DNA from: Chloroflexota bacterium
GTDB taxonomy: Bacteria; Chloroflexota; Limnocylindria; Limnocylindrales; Limnocylindraceae
DNA: 50,070 nt
Reading direction: 5' to 3'
Assembly: GCA_003670745.1 (NCBI GenBank)
Contig: QWQR01000004.1
Coordinates: 1-50,070, forward strand
Shown: one piece after another, positions 16,841 to 25,807 of the stretch
How the letters are laid out: the number at the start of each line of letters is the position of its first letter
Position numbering within the stretch: position 1 is the stretch's first letter
Notes under the pieces: generated by a model
What the model saw: the letters and a program-made list of their open reading frames with translations, nothing else
The model's database searches: none
What the model was told of the DNA's origin: nothing
Position numbers and translations under genes: made by a program

Positions 16841-17839
16841 ATGAGCACACCTGCAGCCAACGGCCGCCGTGCCAAGCCTGGGGAGATCCAGACCGTCCGC
16901 GGGGCGATCGCCCCAGCCGACCTCGGCTTCACCCTCCCCCACGAGCACACCAAAGTCGCCCTCTGGTGGATCGAGAACCGCTGGGATTATTGGGAGCTGA
17001 TCGGCGAGGAGCCGCGCATGATCGAGGAGCTCGCCGCCTACAAGGGCGAGGGCGGATCCGCGCTCGTCGATCTCACCCTGCAGTCGATCGGACGAGATCT
17101 GCCGCGACTCGCGCGTCTCTCAGCGGCGACGGGGCTGCACATCGTGGGCGGCTCTGGTTGGTATCGCACCGCCTACTACCCGCCCGAGGCACGGATTGAT
17201 CAGCGCAGTGTCGACGACCTTGCCGACGAGATCGTTGCCGAGTTTGAAGAGGGGCTCCCTGATGCTGATGCGCCAGGTGGTCGCGTGCGACCCGGGATCA
17301 TCGGTGAGATCGGTAGCGACAAGCCGTGGCTCACGGCGCAAGAGGAGCGCGTCTTTCGCGCCGCGGCGCGCGCAGCGATGCGCACGGGTGCCGCGGTCAC
17401 TACGCATGCTGCACAGAGCGCCGTTGGACTTGCGCAGCTGACCGTGCTCGAAGAGGAGGGACTTGATCCCGCGCGCGTCGTGATCGGCCACTGCGACTCG
17501 TGGCCGCGCATCGACCATTGGCGTGAGATCGCGCGCCGCGGCGCGACGGTTGAGGCCGACTTCTTGGGGATGAGCTTCACGCCGCTTGAGCGCGCCGGCG
17601 AACCGAGGGTGATCGAACTCATTACAACGCTGCTCAACGAGGGTCACGCCGATCGGCTGATGCTCAGCCAAGATGTGTGCCACGACTCGCAGCTCGCGAG
17701 CTACGGCGGTGCTGGCTACACCTACCTACAGCGAAACTTCCTGCCGCGACTCACCGCTGCGGGGGTCGACGCCGCAACGATCCAAAAGATTACCGTCGAA
17801 AACCCAGCGCGCATCCTCACCCTTGTCGCGCCGCGCTAG
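16841..17839 (+). CDS. Phosphotriesterase-homology protein (PHP/YhfV-like amidohydrolase)
   Basis: LPHEH, GIIGEIG (bridging Glu in place of carboxy-Lys), TTHA, IGHCD, LSQD, NPARIL. Confidence 0.9.
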   Translation: MSTPAANGRRAKPGEIQTVRGAIAPADLGFTLPHEHTKVALWWIENRWDYWELIGEEPRMIEELAAYKGEGGSALVDLTLQSIGRDLPRLARLSAATGLHIVGGSGWYRTAYYPPEARIDQRSVDDLADEIVAEFEEGLPDADAPGGRVRPGIIGEIGSDKPWLTAQEERVFRAAARAAMRTGAAVTTHAAQSAVGLAQLTVLEEEGLDPARVVIGHCDSWPRIDHWREIARRGATVEADFLGMSFTPLERAGEPRVIELITTLLNEGHADRLMLSQDVCHDSQLASYGGAGYTYLQRNFLPRLTAAGVDAATIQKITVENPARILTLVAPR

Positions 17840-17861
17840 CGGCGACTCGCGCTAAGCGCGG

Positions 17862-18788
17862 CTAGCGGCGCGCAGCGATCAGCACGCCGCCAAAGAGCAG
17901 CCCTGCGCCCAGCAGCTGCCCGAGCGTCGGCAGCTCACCGAAGATCACCACCCCCGCCACGAGCGTCATGATCGGCTGCACAAAGAGGAGCACCGAACCA
18001 ACGATGCTTGGCAGCTTTGGAATCGACGCATTGATCAGCGGGTAGCCGAGCACCTGTGAGAGGAGCGCCAAGAGCAGCAGCCAGGCGTAGCCAGGCCATG
18101 GCTCGGCGGGAATAACGGTGCCGTCGAAGAGCGCAATCGACAGTGAGACGGCGATCGTGCCGACCGCCGCATCGCGCAGCATGCCGAAGGGTCCGACCGC
18201 ATCAGAGCCAACGGAGATGCGGCGGGTGATGACGAGATAGAGCGCATAGAACGAGGCGGCACCGACCCCCCAAATGACGCCGAGGAGCGGGTCGCTCCCT
18301 GCGGTGCGCACCGCCGCACCGCCGCCGCTGAATGGATCGACGACGCGCGCGAGCAGCGCAAGTCCGGAGAAGGCGAAGGGGAGGGCGATGATCGCGCGCC
18401 CTGGCGTGCGCTCGCCGGAGAGCGCCGCCACCGCGCCGACGATCAGCACCTGCGCGTTCGGCACCACCGTTGCGAGGCCGACGCCGAGGAGTGGGATCGA
18501 GGTGTGGAAGCACTGCAGGTCGAGGGCGAAGAGGCCGCCCGCCAGGAGCGCGAGGGCGCGGTCGCGACGGCTCGCGCTGTGCCCTTCGCGGCGCGCGATG
18601 AAGGCAAGGAACGGCAGGGCGAAGACGCCGCGGTAGAGAGTTACTGCAGCGGGCGATCCCCCCGAAAGCTTTGCGAGCGGCGACGACTGCGAGATGGCGA
18701 TCGCGCCGAGGGCGGCACCGAGCCGCGGGTGGCGCGAGGCGAAGCCGAGTGGTGCGGATCGACGCGGTGCAGCCTCACGAGATGTCAT
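17862..18788 (-). CDS. DMT/EamA family transporter
   Basis: Two EamA repeats; start ATG 18788 is 6 nt after TATCGT. Confidence 0.88.
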   Translation of the reverse strand: MTSREAAPRRSAPLGFASRHPRLGAALGAIAISQSSPLAKLSGGSPAAVTLYRGVFALPFLAFIARREGHSASRRDRALALLAGGLFALDLQCFHTSIPLLGVGLATVVPNAQVLIVGAVAALSGERTPGRAIIALPFAFSGLALLARVVDPFSGGGAAVRTAGSDPLLGVIWGVGAASFYALYLVITRRISVGSDAVGPFGMLRDAAVGTIAVSLSIALFDGTVIPAEPWPGYAWLLLLALLSQVLGYPLINASIPKLPSIVGSVLLFVQPIMTLVAGVVIFGELPTLGQLLGAGLLFGGVLIAARR

Positions 18789-18825
18789 GTGCGCACGATA
18801 CACGTGCGCGCCGCGCGGGGCCGCG

Positions 18826-19602
18826 CTAAATCGCGATGGCGCGGAACGCCTCAGTCGCCACCGCACGACCGTCGCGATAGACCGCGAGTGCGCCGTAACC
18901 CTCCTCGGCGTCAACACGCTCGATGCCAGCGGCACCCTCAAGCCAGCCGATCGTTGCGAGTGCGTCCACCCGGTCGATCGCTGGGCCGATCACGGTGAAG
19001 CTCGCGAATGGCGACTGGGCGACGCCGCCAGATGGGTCGTGCAGGTGCCCTGGTCGCTCCGCCTCGCCGCTCGTGGCGATCGCGGCGTCGCGCAGGCGCA
19101 CCGAGGCAAGCGCCGTGGCGCCGTCGCGCGGATTCGCGATGCCGACCACCCAGCCGGCGCCACCCGGACCCTCGCCCGCCGCGGCCACATCGCCGCCGAT
19201 CCCGAGAGCGCAGTTCTCCATGCCAGCGGCAATCAAGATGCGATGCGCCTCACCGATCGCCCAGCCCTTTACGTATCCCGAAGGGTCAAGGCGCCCATCA
19301 ACGCCGGCGATGCGCGCGTCGAAGAGGCCGCCACTCTCCTCGCGCAGCGCCTCGCAGGCAGAGAGGATCCAGCGCGTCTCAGGATGCGCATCGGCGGGCG
19401 CCAGCGCACCATCACGGATGCGGCTCACCTCGGAGTCAACGCGGTACGGCGAAAGGCGTGCATCGATTTCATGGAGTCTGGCAAAGGCCGCCTCGACCCC
19501 CTCCTCGCGGAGCCGCCCGACGACGGCGAGAGAGGCGACGCTTCCAAAGATCTCGCGCACCACGCGCGCGACGGGGGCGTTCAGCTCGTCGTGATCCGAC
19601 AC
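18826..19602 (-). CDS. apbE: FAD:protein FMN transferase
   Basis: LSPYRVDSEVSR, LDPSGYVKGWA, GGDV, ATSGEAERPGH, DALAT; GTG start at 19602. Confidence 0.88.
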   Translation of the reverse strand: MSDHDELNAPVARVVREIFGSVASLAVVGRLREEGVEAAFARLHEIDARLSPYRVDSEVSRIRDGALAPADAHPETRWILSACEALREESGGLFDARIAGVDGRLDPSGYVKGWAIGEAHRILIAAGMENCALGIGGDVAAAGEGPGGAGWVVGIANPRDGATALASVRLRDAAIATSGEAERPGHLHDPSGGVAQSPFASFTVIGPAIDRVDALATIGWLEGAAGIERVDAEEGYGALAVYRDGRAVATEAFRAIAI

Positions 19603-19621
19603 CCTACTACCGCCTCGCGGC

Positions 19622-20173
19622 TTACTGCTTCGCCTGGTCGATCGCCGACTGGAGCGAAGTCGCATAGCCCCACTTTGAGTAGGTCGCCCCGCTGCAGAAC
19701 TGCAACGAGAAGAACGCCTTCCCGCTGTCGATGCTGATCGCCCGCGTGTTGAACTCCGCATCGGTGCACTTCTTATTGCGGAAGCCGATCGGCCAGCGAC
19801 CGGTCTGACTCACCGAAGCGTCAACGATCTTGCCGCCCGATACCTTGATCGTGACCTCCATCTTTCCGTAGTTGTAGTTGGTGTTGGCGCCGGTAAAGGT
19901 GCCGTCCTTCATGGCGGAGGAGGGCTTCGGTGTGGAGCTTGGCTTTGGCGTTGGCTGCGACGAGGACCCTGGCGATCCGGCGGGTGTTGGCGTGGCGCCA
20001 GTTGACGCGCTCGGCTTCGGCTTGCCGCTCGGCTTCGGTGCGCCCGAGTCGCTTGGCAACGGAGAAGGGCCGACCCCGCCACCAATGTCGTCGATCTTTG
20101 GAGGTGAGTAGGTGACGATTGCCCAGAGGCCGACAACGGTGAGCAGGAGTGAGACGATCGCCTTCTTTGGCAT
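19622..20173 (-). CDS. Membrane-anchored FMN-binding (flavinylated) protein
   Basis: N-terminal TM, Pro/Ser/Lys linker, DGTFTG..YGKMEVTIKVSGGKIVD, SGATYS, SLQSAID. Confidence 0.88.
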   Translation of the reverse strand: MPKKAIVSLLLTVVGLWAIVTYSPPKIDDIGGGVGPSPLPSDSGAPKPSGKPKPSASTGATPTPAGSPGSSSQPTPKPSSTPKPSSAMKDGTFTGANTNYNYGKMEVTIKVSGGKIVDASVSQTGRWPIGFRNKKCTDAEFNTRAISIDSGKAFFSLQFCSGATYSKWGYATSLQSAIDQAKQ

Positions 20174-20219
20174 GGCTACGCCACCTCGCCGTTACGGTGC
20201 GCCAAGCGGCACATAGAGA

Positions 20220-21641
20220 TCACCACGAGAAACGCTCCAAGTGGATTTGGCTATGTGGAATACCGATCTCGTGAAGGCTGCGCTCAACGCGCGCCATCAT
20301 GCTCGGCGATCCACACAGATACACGTCGCGTTCGCGGATGTCGGGGTACGCGGCCTTGAGGCCGCCTGCGGAGAGCGGATCGTCGTGGAAGGCATAGTCG
20401 TCACGGCTACCGAGCGCGTAGTCCACGCGCGCGCCACGGGCGTCGGCGATGGTGGTCAGCTCGCGCCGAAAGATCAGGCTCTCTTTGGTGGGTGCGCGGT
20501 AGAGCAGGGCGAGGTCGCCGCGCTTCGCCGGGAGCACCTCGATCAGGGCGCGGAGCGGTGTCACGCCGATCCCGCCAGCAACGAGAAGCACCTTCTCGCG
20601 TGTGCGCACCGCGCCGGTGAGGATGCCGTACGGCCCCTCAAGCCAGATCGGCGTTCCTGGGCTCAGGCGCTGCAACTCCTTGGAGCGATCACCGATCGCC
20701 TCGATCGTGAAGCGCAGATTGCGACCGTCGGGTCCAGCTGAGAGCGAAAAGGGGTGCGAGCGCCACCAGCCATTGGCCGCGAGCACGCGGATCGAGAACC
20801 ACTGGCCAGCACGTACAGGAAGTTGCTCAAGGTTTCTGCCCGCGATCCAAATCGATGCAACGCCAGGTCGCTCTTCAACAACGCGCTCAACAACAAATCG
20901 GTGCGTCAGGTTGCGAACGATGGGGTGAGTGAAGCGGTGCAGTAGCAGCGGCACGAAGGCAACAGCGTAGAGCGCAATCCAGATCGCACGGGCGAGGCCG
21001 TCGTTAATGAAGTCGGTACCAAGGGTGAGCTGATGCAAGAAGCCGAGCGCCATGGCGAGATACACGTAGAGGTGAATCCCGTACCAGGTCTCGTAGGGGA
21101 TCGCCTGGCGCACGGAGCGGAACGAGACGATCGCAACGACGAAGAAGAGGACGAGCGCCACGCTGCCGCCGAGGCCACCCGAGTAGTCAAAGGTGAAGCG
21201 CACGATCTCTTCCCACGTTTGGCCAGGAGAGGCGAGCTTGTCGATGGAGGCGTTCCCCGCCGATGAGATCACCGCATGGGCAACGAGTAGCCACACGCTG
21301 GTGAACCCGGCCCAGCGATGCAACTTCGCGGCGTGGTCGCTGCCGACCACCTGATCGATCCACGGTGCGCGCGAGAGAAGCAAGATTCCAACAAGCGACA
21401 AGAGCGTGCCGTAGAGGGCGGTGAGCTGGCCGATGGCAATGAGGAATCCGAATCGTTCACTCAGGAGTTCTGGCCCACCGTGCTTCACCCAGATCCAGCC
21501 GACGAGGAGGCTTGCCAACACGATCCCTGCGTAGAGAACGGCGGGGCTGATCGACCAGCGGCGCGGCAGCGGCGGGCTCGCAGCCACACGGCTCGCAGAG
21601 CCTACGGCTGCAATTGGCTTGACGCGGCTACTTCCTGACAT
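20220..21641 (-). CDS. Ferric reductase-like transmembrane protein with FAD/NAD(P)H-binding FNR domain
   Basis: Heme-type His residues LHRWAG..AH and IHLYVY..LHQ; HPFSLS, EGPYG, AGGIGVTP, YLCGS, ERFSW. Confidence 0.9.
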   Translation of the reverse strand: MSGSSRVKPIAAVGSASRVAASPPLPRRWSISPAVLYAGIVLASLLVGWIWVKHGGPELLSERFGFLIAIGQLTALYGTLLSLVGILLLSRAPWIDQVVGSDHAAKLHRWAGFTSVWLLVAHAVISSAGNASIDKLASPGQTWEEIVRFTFDYSGGLGGSVALVLFFVVAIVSFRSVRQAIPYETWYGIHLYVYLAMALGFLHQLTLGTDFINDGLARAIWIALYAVAFVPLLLHRFTHPIVRNLTHRFVVERVVEERPGVASIWIAGRNLEQLPVRAGQWFSIRVLAANGWWRSHPFSLSAGPDGRNLRFTIEAIGDRSKELQRLSPGTPIWLEGPYGILTGAVRTREKVLLVAGGIGVTPLRALIEVLPAKRGDLALLYRAPTKESLIFRRELTTIADARGARVDYALGSRDDYAFHDDPLSAGGLKAAYPDIRERDVYLCGSPSMMARVERSLHEIGIPHSQIHLERFSW

Positions 21642-21716
21642 GGGTTCATCCTCCCCCGCTCACGGGGCCTCGGTCTTGTAGCCGCTCAAAGAAATGAGGG
21701 GGAAAGATTTGAAATC

Positions 21717-22223
21717 TCATGAAATCGGGGCGAATCGCCCCGATGATGCCTGTTCAAGGTCGGCGGGGGCGAGTTCGAGGGAGAGCCCACGCTGCCCCGC
21801 AGAAACGAAGATCGTCGTGTGGAATCGGGCGCTCTCGTCAATGAGGGTCAGGATTGGGCGTCGCGATCCGATGGGGCTCACGCCGCCGATCACGTACCCG
21901 GTGGCCCGACCCACAGCGGCGGCTTCTGCGAGTGTCGCGCGCTTCGCGTCACAGGCCGCCGCGATCGCCTTTGGCGCCGCGGTTCCACTGCTAGGAACCA
22001 CCGCCAGCGCCAGCTTCTCGGCGCCGCCCTCCAGGTCGAAGAGGAGCGTCTTGTACATGCGCGCAGGATCGATGCCAAGCGCATCCGCCGCTGCGGTGCC
22101 GTAGGCGACTCGCTCGCCGCGATGCTGCGCTACGCCGTCGGGCGCGTCAATTTCGTAGTGATGCAGCGTGTAGCCAATGCCGAGCCGCTCGAGCGCGGCG
22201 ACGGCGGGGGTCGCTGCGCTCAC
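21717..22223 (-). CDS. ybaK: Cys-tRNA(Pro) deacylase / YbaK family
   Basis: TPAV..L, YKTL, TGYVIGGVSPIG, VSAGQRGLSLELAPADL. Confidence 0.9.
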   Translation of the reverse strand: MSAATPAVAALERLGIGYTLHHYEIDAPDGVAQHRGERVAYGTAAADALGIDPARMYKTLLFDLEGGAEKLALAVVPSSGTAAPKAIAAACDAKRATLAEAAAVGRATGYVIGGVSPIGSRRPILTLIDESARFHTTIFVSAGQRGLSLELAPADLEQASSGRFAPIS

Positions 22224-23806
22224 TCCTCGCGAACGGAGAGCCGCATCACGAGCCGTGCGCCGCCGCCTGGGGCCGACTCCGCGCCAATGCTCCCGTTGTG
22301 CGCGGCGGTGATCGCCCGGGCGATCGCAAGGCCGAGTCCCGAACCGCCGTCGCCGGCGGCGCGTCGGCGCCCGCCACGGTAGAACGGCTCGAAGATCTTC
22401 TCGCGCTCCTCCTCAGGGATGCCGCTCCCCTGATCGTCAACCCAGATCTCGGCAACCTCCTCGGTGCTGCGCGCGCCGATCGTGATCGATCCGCCCTTCG
22501 GCGAGTGGCGAATCGCATTCTCGACGAGGCCGAGCACGAGCTGAATCAGTCGATCGGTGTCGCCGAGCACCGGAATCGCTCGGTCGGCGATGTCGCGCTC
22601 GAGCGACATGCCGGCGCGTCGGGCAATCGCATCGGCGCGATCAAAGGCATCGCGCGCAACTACTGCAAGGTCGATCGGCTTAAGCGTGACGCTTGCGACC
22701 GGCGACGAGCCGTCGCGTGCCCCTTCCCTCGACAGGGTGTGAAGGTCGGCGCTCAGCCGGCCGAGGCGCTCCGACTCGGCGACGATCCCGCGCACCAGGT
22801 CACGGCCACCAGGCTTCACTAAACCCTCGCGCTCCAAGATCTCAGCGCTTGAGAGGATCACGGATGCAGGGGTGCGCAGCTCGTGCGAGGCGCTCGCAAC
22901 CATGGCGCGTTCGCGAGCGGCGGCCGCTGAGATCGGCGCGAGCACGCGGCGCGAGATGGTGAGAGCGACGAGCACCGCGGTGCCGATCGCGAGAGCGCCC
23001 ACAAGGAGTAGCGAGCCGTAGAGGCTCTGCCGTTGTGCGTCGCGCACGTCAACGCGCGCTGCCACCTGCACGTAGGCGAGCACGCGATTAGTTGGATCCT
23101 TCGGATGACTGAGCGGCATGGTCACCACGCGATACTCCGCGCCGCCGATCAGGTACGTCTCGGTACGTGCGCCGCGCTCTGCCGCTTCAAGGCCAGCGAG
23201 GATCGGGAAGGTTGCGCCGACCGGCCATGCGCCAGCAAGGATCGCGCCGTTCGGTGCGAGCACCGCCCACGGTCCTCCGGCGCCTGTCTGCTCATCGCCG
23301 ATTCCAGGCGGCACGGAGGGCGGCGCGTCGGTGGCGAGAGTGCTGTCCGCCACTACGTTGCGCCACGCAATAGCCAACTGTGCATTCATTGGGGCGAGCC
23401 CCGATTCACCATCGTCGGACTCTTCGCCGTCGTCGTCGTCACCGCCGCCGCTTGGCATCGGGATCTCACCACCACTCGACGAGGGGCTCTCGCTCGGCGC
23501 AGGACTCTGATCGTCGGGGGAACCGCTCGGCGACTCATCGGGCGTTTCGCTTGCACCAGGTGATGGGCTCGCCGGAACGTATGTCGGCAAATGCTCTTGC
23601 AGCTCCAACACGATGCGTGTTGCACGCGCCTGGAGTGCAGCATCGAGGCCGCGATCGAGTGCGCTACTGCTCGCTAACGCACCACCAACGCCAACGATGG
23701 CAACCACGAGTGCCGTGGCGGCAAAGATCGTGCGGGTGATCTGCCGCTTCGTGCGCGCCAGAAGCGCCTCTACCCCCTCGGGCCCAGGGACGCGGCGCGT
23801 CGCCAC
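22220..23806 (-). CDS. Sensor histidine kinase
   Basis: Two TMs; ASHELRTP (H box), LVENAIRH (N), DQGSGI (G1), IFEPFYR (F), GSGLGLAI (G2). Confidence 0.93.
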   Translation of the reverse strand: MATRRVPGPEGVEALLARTKRQITRTIFAATALVVAIVGVGGALASSSALDRGLDAALQARATRIVLELQEHLPTYVPASPSPGASETPDESPSGSPDDQSPAPSESPSSSGGEIPMPSGGGDDDDGEESDDGESGLAPMNAQLAIAWRNVVADSTLATDAPPSVPPGIGDEQTGAGGPWAVLAPNGAILAGAWPVGATFPILAGLEAAERGARTETYLIGGAEYRVVTMPLSHPKDPTNRVLAYVQVAARVDVRDAQRQSLYGSLLLVGALAIGTAVLVALTISRRVLAPISAAAARERAMVASASHELRTPASVILSSAEILEREGLVKPGGRDLVRGIVAESERLGRLSADLHTLSREGARDGSSPVASVTLKPIDLAVVARDAFDRADAIARRAGMSLERDIADRAIPVLGDTDRLIQLVLGLVENAIRHSPKGGSITIGARSTEEVAEIWVDDQGSGIPEEEREKIFEPFYRGGRRRAAGDGGSGLGLAIARAITAAHNGSIGAESAPGGGARLVMRLSVREE

Positions 23807-23807
23807 C

Positions 23808-24497
23808 TTACGCCTTCGGCCCTTCGGCGAGGCGGTAGCCGACGCCGCGGACGGTTTGGATCAGGTCGTTGTAACCGGCGTCTTCAAACTTCTTGCGCAG
23901 GTAGTGCACGTACAGATCAACGACGTTTGAATACACATCGGGCTCAGCGCCCCACACCTCGTCGAGCAGCTGCTGACGCGTGAGCGCCGCGCCGCGGTTA
24001 CGCATCAAGTGCGAGAGGAGCGAGTACTCGCGCGCCGAAAGGTCGACCACGCTCTCGCCGTGCACCATGGCGTGACGCGACTCATCGAGCAGAAGGCCGG
24101 GGGCGATCTCGCGCGTCTGCGTGCCGTCAAGGCTCAGCTCGCCGCGGCGGCCGAGGGCGCGCACGCGGGCGAGCAGCTCAGCGGCGGCGAACGGCTTGGT
24201 GAGGTAATCGTCGGCGCCAGAGTCGAGCCCCTCAACACGATCGTCGATCGTGCCGAGTGCGGTGAGCATCAGCACCGGCGTGGCGTCGCCGGCGTGACGA
24301 CGGGCGCGCATCACGATCGACCCTTCGGTGTCGGGGAGCATGCGGTCGAGAATGACAAGATCCCACTCCTGGCTCTCCCAGAACGCAACGCCATCAGCGC
24401 CGGTCGCGGCGAGCTGCACCGTGTGTCGCTCGGCGCTCAGCAGGCGCACAACGAGAGGGCCGAGTCGCTCGTCGTCTTCAATGAGGAGGATGCGCAT
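23808..24497 (-). CDS. OmpR-family response regulator
   Basis: LLIEDD, LDRMLP, GADDYLTKPF, wHTH VDLYVHYLRKK, TVRGVGY. Confidence 0.95.
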   Translation of the reverse strand: MRILLIEDDERLGPLVVRLLSAERHTVQLAATGADGVAFWESQEWDLVILDRMLPDTEGSIVMRARRHAGDATPVLMLTALGTIDDRVEGLDSGADDYLTKPFAAAELLARVRALGRRGELSLDGTQTREIAPGLLLDESRHAMVHGESVVDLSAREYSLLSHLMRNRGAALTRQQLLDEVWGAEPDVYSNVVDLYVHYLRKKFEDAGYNDLIQTVRGVGYRLAEGPKA

Positions 24498-24532
24498 GGA
24501 CTGATCGTGCGCCTCGCTCGTCAGATGGTCAA
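24498..24532 (-). promoter_or_regulatory. Sigma-70 promoter, leaderless
   Basis: TTGACC (24527-24532)-17 nt-CACGAT (24504-24509)-6 nt-ATG 24497. Confidence 0.75.
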
Positions 24533-24584
24533 GCGCGAGGCGTTAAAGATGTGCGTTCGCACATCTTCGAGCGCCGGTCGCCGC

Positions 24585-25748
24585 TTACAGCCGCTCGACC
24601 ACCCAGTCGATGCAGGCGGTGAGTGCGCTGATCTCGTCGGGATCAACCGAAGGGAAGGCGCCGACGCGAATGCCGTTGCCGCCGATCGACTGATACGGAT
24701 GCAGGTCAACGATGCCGTTGAGCCCCAGCACTTCGCGCACGATCGCCGCGTCAACCGCAGCGTCGAACTCGATCGTTGCGACGCTCTTGGAGCGGATCGT
24801 TGGGTCCTGCACAAAGGGCGACGCCCAGGGTCGCGACTCAGACCACGCGTAGAGTCGGCCCGACGATTCTGCACAGCGCGCGCTCGACCAGGTGAGGCCG
24901 CCCTCGGCGTTCAGCCAGTCGACCTGCTCGGCGAGCAGCAGTAAAGAGCCGATCGCCGGCGTGTTCACCGTTTGGTCGCGGCGGCTCTCGGTGATCGCGT
25001 CGACAAGGTTGAGGCTCGGCGGCGCCTTGCGCTCCGACGCGGCGATCGATTCGGCGCGCGCGATCGCGGCGGGAGAGAGCAGCGCGAACCAGATCCCACC
25101 ATCGGCGCCAAACGCCTTTTGCGGCGAAAAGTAGTACGCGTCGCTCTCACTCGCATCAAAGGGCGTGCAGCCGGCCGAGGAGGTTGCGTCAATGAGCGTG
25201 ATGCCAGCGGCGGGCTTCCCCGCCGCGTTGCGGGGGCGACGAATCGGCGCGGCGACGCCGGTGCTCGTCTCGTTTTGAATCACTGCCCAAGCGTCGATCG
25301 TCGCGGCGTCGGCGGTATCGCGCGCAGCGCCGTCGAGCTCGGCACGACTCCCCGCCGCCGCCTCGGCAACGAGCGGCGCGGCAAGGTGTGGTGCCTGAGC
25401 CACAGCGCGCGCGAACTTCGACGAGAAGGCGCCGTGCACCGCGTGTGCCGAGCGGCGCTCGATCAGGCCGTATGCGGCAACGTCCCAAAATGCCGTTGCA
25501 CCGCCAACGCCGAGGATCACCTCGTGGCCGTCAGGAAGGTGAAACAAGTGACGCATGCCGTCGCGCACGCGGCCGACGAGCGCACGTACCGGCGGCTGGC
25601 GATGGCTGGTGCCAAGGATCGCTCGCGCGGCGCGCGACTCAAAGGCGTCGACCTGCGCGTTACGCACGCGGCTTGGACCCGATCCGAATCGCCCATCGGC
25701 AGGGAGGAGCTCCTTCGGAATGCGCAGGGTGCGCGGGTCGCTTGGCAT
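24585..25748 (-). CDS. serC: Phosphoserine aminotransferase, actinobacterial type
   Basis: LLPADGRFGSGPS, LGTSHRQ, GGATAFWD, NETSTGV, DATS, FSPQKAF, NTPA. Confidence 0.9.
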   Translation of the reverse strand: MPSDPRTLRIPKELLPADGRFGSGPSRVRNAQVDAFESRAARAILGTSHRQPPVRALVGRVRDGMRHLFHLPDGHEVILGVGGATAFWDVAAYGLIERRSAHAVHGAFSSKFARAVAQAPHLAAPLVAEAAAGSRAELDGAARDTADAATIDAWAVIQNETSTGVAAPIRRPRNAAGKPAAGITLIDATSSAGCTPFDASESDAYYFSPQKAFGADGGIWFALLSPAAIARAESIAASERKAPPSLNLVDAITESRRDQTVNTPAIGSLLLLAEQVDWLNAEGGLTWSSARCAESSGRLYAWSESRPWASPFVQDPTIRSKSVATIEFDAAVDAAIVREVLGLNGIVDLHPYQSIGGNGIRVGAFPSVDPDEISALTACIDWVVERL

Positions 25749-25807
25749 GTGCCTATCTCACCACGAATCGCGAGTTACCGCTGCCAGCCAAACACCAATC
25801 GCGCGCG

